Shown: positions 1 to 8,562 of the stretch, piece after piece
How the letters are laid out: every line of letters starts with the position of its first letter
How positions within the stretch are numbered: the first letter of the stretch is position 1
IMG/VR virus record: IMGVR_UViG_3300005937_000003
Span: 1 to 64,000 of that record
DNA length: 64,000 bases
Strand: one strand, 5' to 3'
Origin: a virus
Lineage: Duplodnaviria > Caudoviricetes
Made by a program: the position numbers and the translations under genes
The notes under the pieces: generated by a model
Database searches by the model: none
Told to the model about the DNA's origin: nothing
What the model saw: the letters and a program-made list of their open reading frames with translations, nothing else

Positions 1-3000
1 GAGCCGTCCGCAGCGCACTCAAGGGTGAAGCCGCCGACATTCGAGGCGTCGCGGCGGTTCACCAGGCTGAAGCCATTCCCCCAGGCATCCGCCTTGACCC
101 AGGCCTCCACGGTGAAGCTGCCCGTGAGCACGAAGTCGGGCACCGTGATGTACTGGCCCGTGCCGCTGAAGTTGGGCGCCGTGTCGGTGTTGCCCGCGAT
201 GGCACCTGGCTGGTTCAGCAGTGGCGAGCCTACATACGTGGCGTGGTGGCCGCCCGACTTGCTGGAGTCGCGGGCGAAAGTGCCGCTCGTCTCGTTCAGC
301 CGCCAGTAGGCGATGTTGTACGGGTCGTTGTAGATCATCGAGCCGTACTCGTCGGACGGGGTGCCGAAGTTGGAGACGATGGTGGTTGTGCCTGCCGCCG
401 TCCCAGCCAGTCCACGCCAGACCTCGAACTGCTCGTTGACGGTCGAGGCACCCGCTGCCCCAGCGACGAGGCGCCGCAGCGCGGTCGTCGTACCTGCCAC
501 GGTCGATACGCCCGCCGCGAAGGCGGTGACTGGCCGCCGCCTGGAGATCGTGGCCGTGGTGACCGCAACGCCTGCAGGCTTGCCCGACAGGCCGAAGCTG
601 GCCTTGGCGACGGCGACGCCGTTGGCAGGCTGGACGTTGCGGACCAGGCGCCTGGCGGTGAACAGGCCGACCGTGCTGGCCGTGGCGCTGTTGGTCGTCG
701 CGGTGAGTGCACGGCGCCTGGTGGTGGCTGCGGTAGCCGTGGCCACAGCCGCCGCACTGGCGTTCAGGGACTTGCGGCCTGTGAGCGAGCCTGTGGCCGT
801 CGCCCTGCCTGCGGCCGCGACGTTCATGCCGCCCAGCAGGCCGTAGTGCTGCTGGATCTGCGCGGGCGTCAGCGCAACGTTGTAGGCCGCCCAGTGGCTG
901 AGCTTGCCCTTGTACCAGCCAGCGGCTGGCCTGAAGCCAATGTTGAAGGTGACGTTGAAGCGCAGCGCGTAGCCCGACAGGTCGATGGTGCCGACGAGGA
1001 TGTTGTCGAGGTAGACGGCGCCCGTGTTGACATCGCGCAGGATCACGAGGTGGTGCCAGGCGTTGCCTGCCACGGCGCCGTAGCCCGACTCCACGATGTG
1101 GTTGCTGCCCGTCGAGTCCACGAAGTTGGCGTAGATCTTGTCGGCCGTGTCGTACAGCCAGCAGTGCACGCCGCCCGTGGCACCGTCGTGATAATCGAAC
1201 AGTGGCATCGGCCCCGTGTCGGCCGCGTCGCGGTAGAACCAGCCCTCGATGGTGAAGGGCGCCGACGAGAAGTCCAGTTGCGGCATCGGGTAGGCGCCGT
1301 CGATGGTCGCGTTGCCCGTGCCGTCAAGCTGAATGGCCACGCTGGGCACATCCTTGGGATTGCCCGAGACGCCAGAGGTGCAGCCCGCTGGGTTGGTGCG
1401 CATGGTCAGGCCGTTGCCGCTCTCATCGAAGCAGTTGGCCGTGCCCACCTCGCGCATCGGCCAGTAGGCGACCAGGCCGCTGGTGGCCTCGATCAGCGCC
1501 GCGTAGGCGTCGCGGCCTTTCCTGCTCAAGCGGTAATGCGCCTGAGCGGTGGCCAGGCTCATGGCCGACTCGTAGAAGGCGATGTCGTCCAGGCGGCCGT
1601 CCCAGCGCAGCGCGGTGTTGACGTTGCTGCGGCCGATGTACGTCTCGACCGTGCCAGAGGCGGGGTTGTTCGCAACGGGCACGCCTGCAGTCGAGGCCTC
1701 GATGGCGCCGTTGACGATGATCGAGATCGTGCCCGCTGGGTCGTACCTGGCCACGACGTGGTGCCACTGGCCCAATGCCAGCGGCCGCCAGGTGGTCGCG
1801 CTGTACCAGGCGCCGCCCGCGTACACGTGCCAGTTCAGCGTGCCGTCCGTGCCCGCTAGCTCCAGCGAGTAGCCGCCGACGTTGGCCGCCGAACGGCGGT
1901 TCATGAGCGCGCAGCCCGACACCCACGTGTCGGCGTTGAACCAGCACTCGACGCTGAAGCCGCTGGTGATGACGGGCTGCCAGTCGCCCATGTTGAAGTA
2001 CGCGCTGGCCAAGTCCCAGCACCTGTCGATGCCGTCGCTGTGCGGGCCAGGCTGTTGCCTGGTGGACGAGCCTAGCACCGACCCGTCGCGCCACGGGGTA
2101 ACTCTGCTGGTGTCGTAGACGGCGATGGTGGGGTTCGCGTCGCCCAGGCGCCAGAGGGCAGCCGCGCCAGACGCGTTGAGCATCTGGCCGTACTCGTCGC
2201 GGTAGGCCTGGGTGCGCGACTTGCCGACGCTGTAGTTCTGCGTTGGCAGGTGCTTGTAGGCCACGACAGCCAGGCCTGTGGATTCCCAGTGGCAGGAACT
2301 ACCCGAGATGGCCTGGTAGCTGCCTGTGGCGATGATGACCCTGAGCGCGGTCGTGGCGAACGGGATGGCGACGTAGTGGCGCGCCACCCAGCCCGCCACG
2401 GGGTCTTTGGTAGCGAACCACAGCCTGCTCTGGGCGTTGTCGAAGACCAGCGCCAGGCCGCAGCCAGGTCGTTGGCCAAGCCCGCCGAAGATGGTGTTCC
2501 ACGACTCGGTGTCCACGGTCGCGTACGAGCCGCCGAGATGGGTCTGCATGAACAGGTTGCCCTGGTCGCCCCAGCCGATGATCACCCCGTTATTGACGTC
2601 TAGCTCGACGCGCAGGTAGGCCTGGCTGCCCACCGCGTAGGCGGGTGGCTGGTGGATCTGAGCGATGACGGCCTTGTTGGTCAGGTCGTACGTGGCCGCG
2701 CTGGACACGCCCACGTAGCCCGTGTTGGGCGATGACGCCTGGCTCTGCTGCAGCCAGTCGCCCGACTCGGACTGGCTGGTGCCCGTGCCGCTGGTCCACG
2801 TGGACCACAGGCCCGCGCCGATGGTCTTGTCATCGAACTTGTCTACTGGCCCGCCGATTATGCTCTCGGGATTAGGCATCGAGATCGGCGGCTCAGCAAT
2901 GGCGAACCACGGCCACACGTACTGCGTCGTGACGCCGTTGACGCCATAGCCCAGCGACAGACCCGTGCTGACCCAGTTGCTCGCAGACCCGCCTGACATC

Positions 3001-4151
3001 TGGACCTCGACATTGCCTGAAGCCGTCGTGGACACGGGCAGTGGGCGCTGGTAGATGATGCTGTCGTTGGTGCCAGGCGTGTAGTTGTCGGTGATGCGGC
3101 GACGGCACTGCGAAGGACTGACGCCGTTCTTGGCCTCGCAGTTCAACTGGCGTACGACGGGGTACTGGTCGCCACTGCTCGGACTAAACCCAGCCAGCCC
3201 CATCGTCAGGCGCCAGCCCGTGCTCTGCGCGGTGTTGTTCGTGGTGCCGTTGCCGAACATCAGCACGCCTTGCGGCTGGAAGCCCATGACGATGTCTTCG
3301 ACCGTGTCGGTCGTGTTGGCGGGCTTGGTGTCGTAGCCGATCTCCATCTGGGCCGTGCCGCCGAACGCCAGATAATTGATCGTGTAGGCCGTGGCGGTCG
3401 CCGTCGTCCAGTTGAGCGTGAATCCGTTGGCGTCCATCGACACCAGATCGGCCGCCGCCAACAGCGTCGTCGCGCCACCGTTGTTGAGCAGGCTGATGCA
3501 CTTGGTGGTGTCCTGTACGCGTGAGACGAGCGCGGCGCTCGACATCGACGGGGCGACAGCCTGCGACATGCTGCAGGCCCAGCGGTTGGTGCTCGACTCG
3601 GCCATGCCGAACCCAGCAGCGCCGCCCGTGGTCGCGTTGTTGCCGTAAAAGAACATGACGATCTTGGGTGCGAAGCCCAGGCCCGAGATGGCCTGCGTGC
3701 CCGTTGTCGAGCGCCCCGTGAAGTTCTGGCTGTAGACGTTGACGTCGGTGCCGCCGATGGCCAGGTAATGCAGCAGGCCGCCGCTGGTGACCGTGGACCA
3801 GTTCAGTACGAAGCCCGTGGCCGAGACACTCTGGACGGCGGCGGACATCATGATCCCAGCCGAGAGAGGGTTTACGACGCCCGTGGCGTACAGGCCGCTG
3901 GCCGCGCCGTTTCCCCCGTTCACGCTCGACCCAGAGGAGTTGTTGCCCTGTGACTGGTAGACCGTGATGTTGGGGTTCGGGCCACCAGTCGAGTGGTAGC
4001 CCAGGCTCCACCAGCCGCCCGCCTGGTCGGCGGCCGTCGCGGTGCCCGCCTGCATGAACAGGATGACCTTGGGCTGAAAGGGCAGCGTGACCGACTGGGT
4101 GCCAATCGCGGCGGGGCAGACGATGGTGCCCTCTTTACAGAAGAAGGTCAG
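1..4151 (-). CDS. Tail fibre / receptor-binding protein with repeated LamG (concanavalin A-like) domains; 3' end runs off the window
   Basis: Frame open from about 4270 to the window edge, so absent from the ORF track. Manual translation begins LTFFCKEGTIVCPAAIGTQSVTLPFQPKVILF and contains LamG-type motifs (FSVECW..WHHVVARYD..YIG..DGRLDDIAFY; FTIEGWF..WHHLV; YWRLNE..FTVEAWVK) plus an Ala/Thr-rich shaft segment. Confidence 0.85.
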   Translation of the reverse strand, partial: MTFFCKEGTIVCPAAIGTQSVTLPFQPKVILFMQAGTATAADQAGGWWSLGYHSTGGPNPNITVYQSQGNNSSGSSVNGGNGAASGLYATGVVNPLSAGIMMSAAVQSVSATGFVLNWSTVTSGGLLHYLAIGGTDVNVYSQNFTGRSTTGTQAISGLGFAPKIVMFFYGNNATTGGAAGFGMAESSTNRWACSMSQAVAPSMSSAALVSRVQDTTKCISLLNNGGATTLLAAADLVSMDANGFTLNWTTATATAYTINYLAFGGTAQMEIGYDTKPANTTDTVEDIVMGFQPQGVLMFGNGTTNNTAQSTGWRLTMGLAGFSPSSGDQYPVVRQLNCEAKNGVSPSQCRRRITDNYTPGTNDSIIYQRPLPVSTTASGNVEVQMSGGSASNWVSTGLSLGYGVNGVTTQYVWPWFAIAEPPISMPNPESIIGGPVDKFDDKTIGAGLWSTWTSGTGTSQSESGDWLQQSQASSPNTGYVGVSSAATYDLTNKAVIAQIHQPPAYAVGSQAYLRVELDVNNGVIIGWGDQGNLFMQTHLGGSYATVDTESWNTIFGGLGQRPGCGLALVFDNAQSRLWFATKDPVAGWVARHYVAIPFATTALRVIIATGSYQAISGSSCHWESTGLAVVAYKHLPTQNYSVGKSRTQAYRDEYGQMLNASGAAALWRLGDANPTIAVYDTSRVTPWRDGSVLGSSTRQQPGPHSDGIDRCWDLASAYFNMGDWQPVITSGFSVECWFNADTWVSGCALMNRRSAANVGGYSLELAGTDGTLNWHVYAGGAWYSATTWRPLALGQWHHVVARYDPAGTISIIVNGAIEASTAGVPVANNPASGTVETYIGRSNVNTALRWDGRLDDIAFYESAMSLATAQAHYRLSRKGRDAYAALIEATSGLVAYWPMREVGTANCFDESGNGLTMRTNPAGCTSGVSGNPKDVPSVAIQLDGTGNATIDGAYPMPQLDFSSAPFTIEGWFYRDAADTGPMPLFDYHDGATGGVHCWLYDTADKIYANFVDSTGSNHIVESGYGAVAGNAWHHLVILRDVNTGAVYLDNILVGTIDLSGYALRFNVTFNIGFRPAAGWYKGKLSHWAAYNVALTPAQIQQHYGLLGGMNVAAAGRATATGSLTGRKSLNASAAAVATATAATTRRRALTATTNSATASTVGLFTARRLVRNVQPANGVAVAKASFGLSGKPAGVAVTTATISRRRPVTAFAAGVSTVAGTTTALRRLVAGAAGASTVNEQFEVWRGLAGTAAGTTTIVSNFGTPSDEYGSMIYNDPYNIAYWRLNETSGTFARDSSKSGGHHATYVGSPLLNQPGAIAGNTDTAPNFSGTGQYITVPDFVLTGSFTVEAWVKADAWGNGFSLVNRRDASNVGGFTLECAADG

Positions 4152-4513
4152 GGTGCCGTCCTCACCGTCTGCGCCTCGGCCGCCAGATCCCAGAAGGCAG
4201 TGCCCGTCTCCTCGAACATCGTGCTGCCCGTCTTGAGCGCGCCCTCGGGCAAGCCCAGCGGCTGCACCTCACTGGCCCCGCCCGCGTGCGGACGGCCGTC
4301 AGCGTCGAGCCAGTAGTAGTCCTCGCTGTAGAACTGCTCGACGTAGTTCTCGGTGCGCCACTCGGTGTCAACGAAGATCTGGTAGGTGTCCGCCAGGTAG
4401 AACGTGACGAACTGGACGCCCTCGCTCGGCAGGTCGGCCCACGCGCCGTCCTGGCTGCTCTTGACGCTGCCGTCGCCGTACCAGATGCGGAACCCGACAT
4501 AGTCGGGGTGCAT
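4148..4513 (-). CDS. Hypothetical tail-region protein
   Basis: 121 aa ORF tightly packed between tail genes, phage-like codon usage. Confidence 0.7.
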   Translation of the reverse strand: MHPDYVGFRIWYGDGSVKSSQDGAWADLPSEGVQFVTFYLADTYQIFVDTEWRTENYVEQFYSEDYYWLDADGRPHAGGASEVQPLGLPEGALKTGSTMFEETGTAFWDLAAEAQTVRTAP

Positions 4514-4516
4514 CGG

Positions 4517-4918
4517 TCAGTCCTCGGTGACGGTGATGGCGTTGGCCGCGAAGCGCGGCACGTCGCCCACATTCATCGTGGTGCTCGTGGTGTCGCCCCA
4601 GTACAACTGGTTGCCCGCTGAGGCCGCGTCCATGATGGCCCAGCCGACCACCGTGTACGGTGTCGTGGTGACCGTCGGGAAGGCGATCTCGGCGTTGTTG
4701 GCGATGCTCGAACCCGTGCGCGTCCACACCGCCGACGCCGCCGCCTGGCGCGCATACGCCGAACCCGTCACCTCGGTGCCGCCTGCCGAGTCGGAGGGCA
4801 CCACCGTATACAGCGCGATGTACACGGTCGAGAGGGCGCCCAGCGCGGGCGTGGCGCCACCCTTGAACAGGTGGTCGAGGATGCGCTGTTCGAGTGCGTC
4901 GGTCTTGGAACCAGCCAT
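4517..4918 (-). CDS. Virion tail/fibre-associated structural protein
   Basis: 133 aa; LEQRILDHLF..VYIALYT..P.D..GGTEV.G..YARQ..N...I.FP..GN.LYWG pattern common upstream of phage fibre genes. Confidence 0.7.
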   Translation of the reverse strand: MAGSKTDALEQRILDHLFKGGATPALGALSTVYIALYTVVPSDSAGGTEVTGSAYARQAAASAVWTRTGSSIANNAEIAFPTVTTTPYTVVGWAIMDAASAGNQLYWGDTTSTTMNVGDVPRFAANAITVTED

Positions 4919-4940
4919 GTGCTGTAGCTCTCCCGTCTGC

Positions 4941-6182
4941 TTATGGTGGCGGCGCCCCGCCAGGGTCGATGACGGCCATCACGCGCTGGATGTACAGGCG
5001 AAGCTCGGAGTCGATGCCCGTGCCTGCCCCGCCAGCGCCACCTGTAGAGTAGGCGACCACCAGACGCTGTGACCCGTTGAAGGCCACCGAGAATGACAGC
5101 CGCTGGCCGCTCAGGCTGTAGTCGCCCGCCGTCTGAGCCAGGACCACGCCTGCTCGGGCGACCGTCAGCAGCACCGTGGGCGTGCCCGCCAGGTCCACGT
5201 AGGTGGTGCCGTTGGTCGGCAGGAACTCCTCGTGGCTGCCCGCACCGCCAGGCCCCTGCGCGCCCTGCGCCGCCATCAGCACCCACGGCCAGGCGGTGGG
5301 CAGCGTGCCCATGATCGGCTGCGCGCTGGCCAGGTAGGACGAGCCGTTGTAGCTGACGGCGTCCCAGGCCTGGTACTGGACGTTGTTCTGCCACGGCCCA
5401 CGCCACACCGTGGATGGCCCTGGCGTGCCCTGCGGGCCTGCTGGGCCAACGTCACCCTTGGGGCCTGTCGGACCAGGCACACCCTGCGGTCCCTGCCCTC
5501 CTGTGGCCCCTGGCGGCCCCTGCGGGCCTTGTGAGCCTGTGGGGCCTTGCGGACCTGCTGGCCCAGTCGCGCCAGGTGGACCCTGGACGCCCTCGGGGCC
5601 AGGAAAGCCGCGTGGGCCTGGTGGCCCAGCGGGACCAGTCGCGCCTGCTGAACCAGGCGGGCCAGTGGCGCCCGTGTCGCCCTTGGGACCAGTCGGCCCA
5701 GGCGCCCCGGGTGTGCCCGCTGGACCTGGCGGCCCTGCTGGACCTGGCGGACCAGGCGGACCAGGGATGCCGCCGTTGGGCATCTCGCCGTTGCGCGAGC
5801 CTGGCTCGCCGCTCAGGTTCTGGACCACGACGGGCTGCGCGGTAGGCGTGCCGTGGTTGAGCCAGATGAGCATCACGCGGTCGCCAGGCAGCAAGCCAGA
5901 GTGGTGATGCGCGTGCTCGACGCTGGTGCCGCTGATGACCACGTCCACCAGCGCCGTCTCGGTGTAACCGTCGCCCAGCGGCGTGCTGAGCAGGAACTCC
6001 AGCACCGCGCCGCCGCCCTCGCCAGGTGGCGCGAAGGGTGGCCCCGTCCACGAGTCGGGCTGCAGGCTGCCGTCGCTCTGGATGGTGCCGCGCTCGTAGC
6101 CTGGCACCTCGCCTGAGCGCGCCAGGACCATGAAGTCGCGCACCGCCGTGGCGACGCTGCTGGCGCCGTCGTAGCGCGTCAC
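4941..6182 (-). CDS. Baseplate spike-position protein (XkdR-like N-terminus) fused to a collagen-like Gly-X-Y region
   Basis: Directly follows the hub gene; long uninterrupted [12 protein letters not shown] triplet run followed by the WRGPW...Y...[10 protein letters not shown] module typical of phage fibre proteins. Confidence 0.7.
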   Translation of the reverse strand: MTRYDGASSVATAVRDFMVLARSGEVPGYERGTIQSDGSLQPDSWTGPPFAPPGEGGGAVLEFLLSTPLGDGYTETALVDVVISGTSVEHAHHHSGLLPGDRVMLIWLNHGTPTAQPVVVQNLSGEPGSRNGEMPNGGIPGPPGPPGPAGPPGPAGTPGAPGPTGPKGDTGATGPPGSAGATGPAGPPGPRGFPGPEGVQGPPGATGPAGPQGPTGSQGPQGPPGATGGQGPQGVPGPTGPKGDVGPAGPQGTPGPSTVWRGPWQNNVQYQAWDAVSYNGSSYLASAQPIMGTLPTAWPWVLMAAQGAQGPGGAGSHEEFLPTNGTTYVDLAGTPTVLLTVARAGVVLAQTAGDYSLSGQRLSFSVAFNGSQRLVVAYSTGGAGGAGTGIDSELRLYIQRVMAVIDPGGAPPP

Positions 6183-7831
6183 GTGACCACCTTCTTCGAG
6201 CCAGCCACGGTGGTCGTGGCGTTGAGCGCCTGGTACACCTCGGGGTTGCGGCGGATCTCGTAGCGGCTGTAGCCCGAGAGCACGTGGCCGACGCCGATGC
6301 CGCTCGGCTTGACGCTGCCGCCCGACTCGATCACCTTGCCGTCACCCAGATACATGGCGACGTGCGGGTACATCATGCCCGCCTGCGTCGAGCCGCCGTC
6401 CCAGTACAGGATGTAGTCGCCAGGCGCGGCCTCGGCGGTCGAGTTGGTGGCGATCAGGTTGGGCGTGGCCGCCGCGATGGCGTCGGTGGTCGTGCCCGTC
6501 TTGCCGCCAAGCTGGTTGGTCATCCACGACACGAAGCCGCTGCAATCGGTGCCGACCTTGTGCATGTCCTTGCTGAAGTCAGAGCGGCCGCCCGCGCCAC
6601 CCCACACGTAGGCCAGGCCCATGACGGGCTTGGCGATCTGCTGCAGCTTGGCCGTGCCACTGGTGGCCGTCGCGCCGCCCTTGCTGGTCGTGCCCTTGAG
6701 GCCCTCCAGCGCGATCTGTAGCTCGGTCTGGCGCGTCAGGCGGGCGAGATCCTCGGTCGTGGTCAGCGACATCTGCATCGTGCGCCCGACCAGATCCATG
6801 CTCAGGCCCGTGACGATGAAGTGGTTGTCCACTATCCCATCGGTGATATGCACGCGCTCCCACTTGAAGACGCCTGGCACGGCGAAGCCCGTATGCGCGT
6901 AGGTCCAGACGGGAAAGCCCTTCTCGGCCAGGATGCTCTCGGCCTCCAGGCGCGTCGCCTCGTCGGAGTCGGCCTCGGCGGCGTAGACCATCTCCTGGGC
7001 GCCTGTGAAGCCCGCATCCGACGCCATCGTTTTGATCACGGGCAGCGCGTCCTCGTCGGCGCCGTGACCGACCACGATGACGCTGTTGATCATCTCGCTG
7101 ATGCTGCCCTTGATGGTGGTCTGGATGGCCACGCCGCCCGTGGTGAAGTGGTAGACGGTGGGGTTGCTGGCGGGCCGTACAAGCTCCAGCTTGTCCTGCA
7201 CGACGCGCAGCTTGAGCATGCCGCCGCCCTTGGCCGCCACCTGCTTGAGCACGTCGGTCAGGCCGTCGATCATCGACTTCTGGCGGATGACCTGGGCGGG
7301 CAGCTTGATGCCAGGCTCCTCGACGTAGCCCAGTTGGATCGAGGCGACGGCCGCGTAGCGCGCCACGATCTCGCTCACGGTGGTGTCGGCGCCGAAGACG
7401 AGGTCGTACTTGGATCTCAGCGCGTTGTGCAGCCCGTCGTAGGCCACGACGCCGAAGGCGCCGCCGTTGGTCGAGCGGTCGCCCACCTCCATGATCGTGC
7501 CGCGAAACATCTCGACCATCTGCGTCTGACCGCCCAGCAGCCACAGCGGCGTGCCCATGCGGCACAGTTCCCACAGCGGTCCCAGGTCGCTCTCGACGTC
7601 GGGGATCGAGGCGTTGACCCGCGTGGCCACCTCACCCTCGGCCTGCTCGAAGTTGAGCGACACGTACGGGATGTGGCGCAGCCTGGCGTCGGCGGGCGAG
7701 GACAGCGCCAGGCTGTAGCGCAGCGTGCTGAGGCCGTCCAGCACGTTCGGGCGGGCGACAGGGGTGATGGCCCCAGGCGGCTGGACGGCACGGTCCAGTA
7801 CGCGCAGCAGTTCCTCGGGGGCGACCGCCAT
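6179..7831 (-). CDS. Baseplate hub (XkdQ-like) with C-terminal NlpC/P60 peptidase
   Basis: Position after the LysM gene; C-terminal [24 protein letters not shown] NlpC/P60 motifs. Confidence 0.8.
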   Translation of the reverse strand: MAVAPEELLRVLDRAVQPPGAITPVARPNVLDGLSTLRYSLALSSPADARLRHIPYVSLNFEQAEGEVATRVNASIPDVESDLGPLWELCRMGTPLWLLGGQTQMVEMFRGTIMEVGDRSTNGGAFGVVAYDGLHNALRSKYDLVFGADTTVSEIVARYAAVASIQLGYVEEPGIKLPAQVIRQKSMIDGLTDVLKQVAAKGGGMLKLRVVQDKLELVRPASNPTVYHFTTGGVAIQTTIKGSISEMINSVIVVGHGADEDALPVIKTMASDAGFTGAQEMVYAAEADSDEATRLEAESILAEKGFPVWTYAHTGFAVPGVFKWERVHITDGIVDNHFIVTGLSMDLVGRTMQMSLTTTEDLARLTRQTELQIALEGLKGTTSKGGATATSGTAKLQQIAKPVMGLAYVWGGAGGRSDFSKDMHKVGTDCSGFVSWMTNQLGGKTGTTTDAIAAATPNLIATNSTAEAAPGDYILYWDGGSTQAGMMYPHVAMYLGDGKVIESGGSVKPSGIGVGHVLSGYSRYEIRRNPEVYQALNATTTVAGSKKVVT

Positions 7832-8562
7832 CAGCCTAGCTCGTCGGTGGTCGGCTCCACGTCAGACGTCGAGCCACCCGGGATGTCCAGTTCCATGCCA
7901 GGCTGGATCAGGTCGGGGTTCGAGCCGATCAGATCCTTGTTGGCGTCGTAGATCTCGCGCCAGCGCGACGAGTCGCCGTAGACCTGCTTGCTGATCTTGA
8001 TCAGGTAGTCGCCGCCCTGCACGATGTACTTCGACGGGGTGGGTGCGCTCTCGCCGCCGTCGTCGGGTGTTGGTCCCTGGCTCGACACCGCGCCGCTGGG
8101 CGTGCCCGCCGCGTCGCCGTCGATGCTCACGTTGATGCTCCTGGCCTCGACCAGTTCGAGCGTGTAGGCGATATCCCCGAAGCCGCCCGTGGGCTTGTAG
8201 CTCCAGTTCGAGATCCACACGTCCTTGTTGACGTTGCTGTCGCTGATGACCAGGCTGAGCGTGCGCTTCTGGCGCACCTGCAGGTCCACCCAGTTGTCGA
8301 TCTGGGCGACGATGTCGGTCGGCGCCCGCCAGTTGCTGACCAGCGGCGTGAGCACGGCGCGGGCGGCGCCGTAGAAGACCGCGTCCCACGAGTAGGTCGT
8401 GCTCGACCGCCCGTTCGGCAGGCGCACCTCGCCCAGGCCGTCGATGTTGACGGTGGTGAAGCTCGGCGCGCTGTTGACCGCGAACTCGGTCGGGTTGGAC
8501 GGCAGGACCAGCGCGTTCACACCGCCCGGGTCGTCTGGCCCGCGCAGCACGAACTGGATCAC
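7831..8562 (-). CDS. Tail tube initiator / XkdP-like LysM protein
   Basis: LPSNPTEF N-terminus; C-terminal LysM YIVQGGDYLIKISKQVYGDSSRWREIYDANKDLIGSNPDLIQPGMELDIP. Confidence 0.85.
   Translation of the reverse strand: MIQFVLRGPDDPGGVNALVLPSNPTEFAVNSAPSFTTVNIDGLGEVRLPNGRSSTTYSWDAVFYGAARAVLTPLVSNWRAPTDIVAQIDNWVDLQVRQKRTLSLVISDSNVNKDVWISNWSYKPTGGFGDIAYTLELVEARSINVSIDGDAAGTPSGAVSSQGPTPDDGGESAPTPSKYIVQGGDYLIKISKQVYGDSSRWREIYDANKDLIGSNPDLIQPGMELDIPGGSTSDVEPTTDELG

Noticed and set aside
5390-5780. Collagen and PT/PA repeats as CRISPR or DNA tandem arrays
   Set aside because: These are codon-level protein repeats without identical repeat-spacer structure; no cas genes are present
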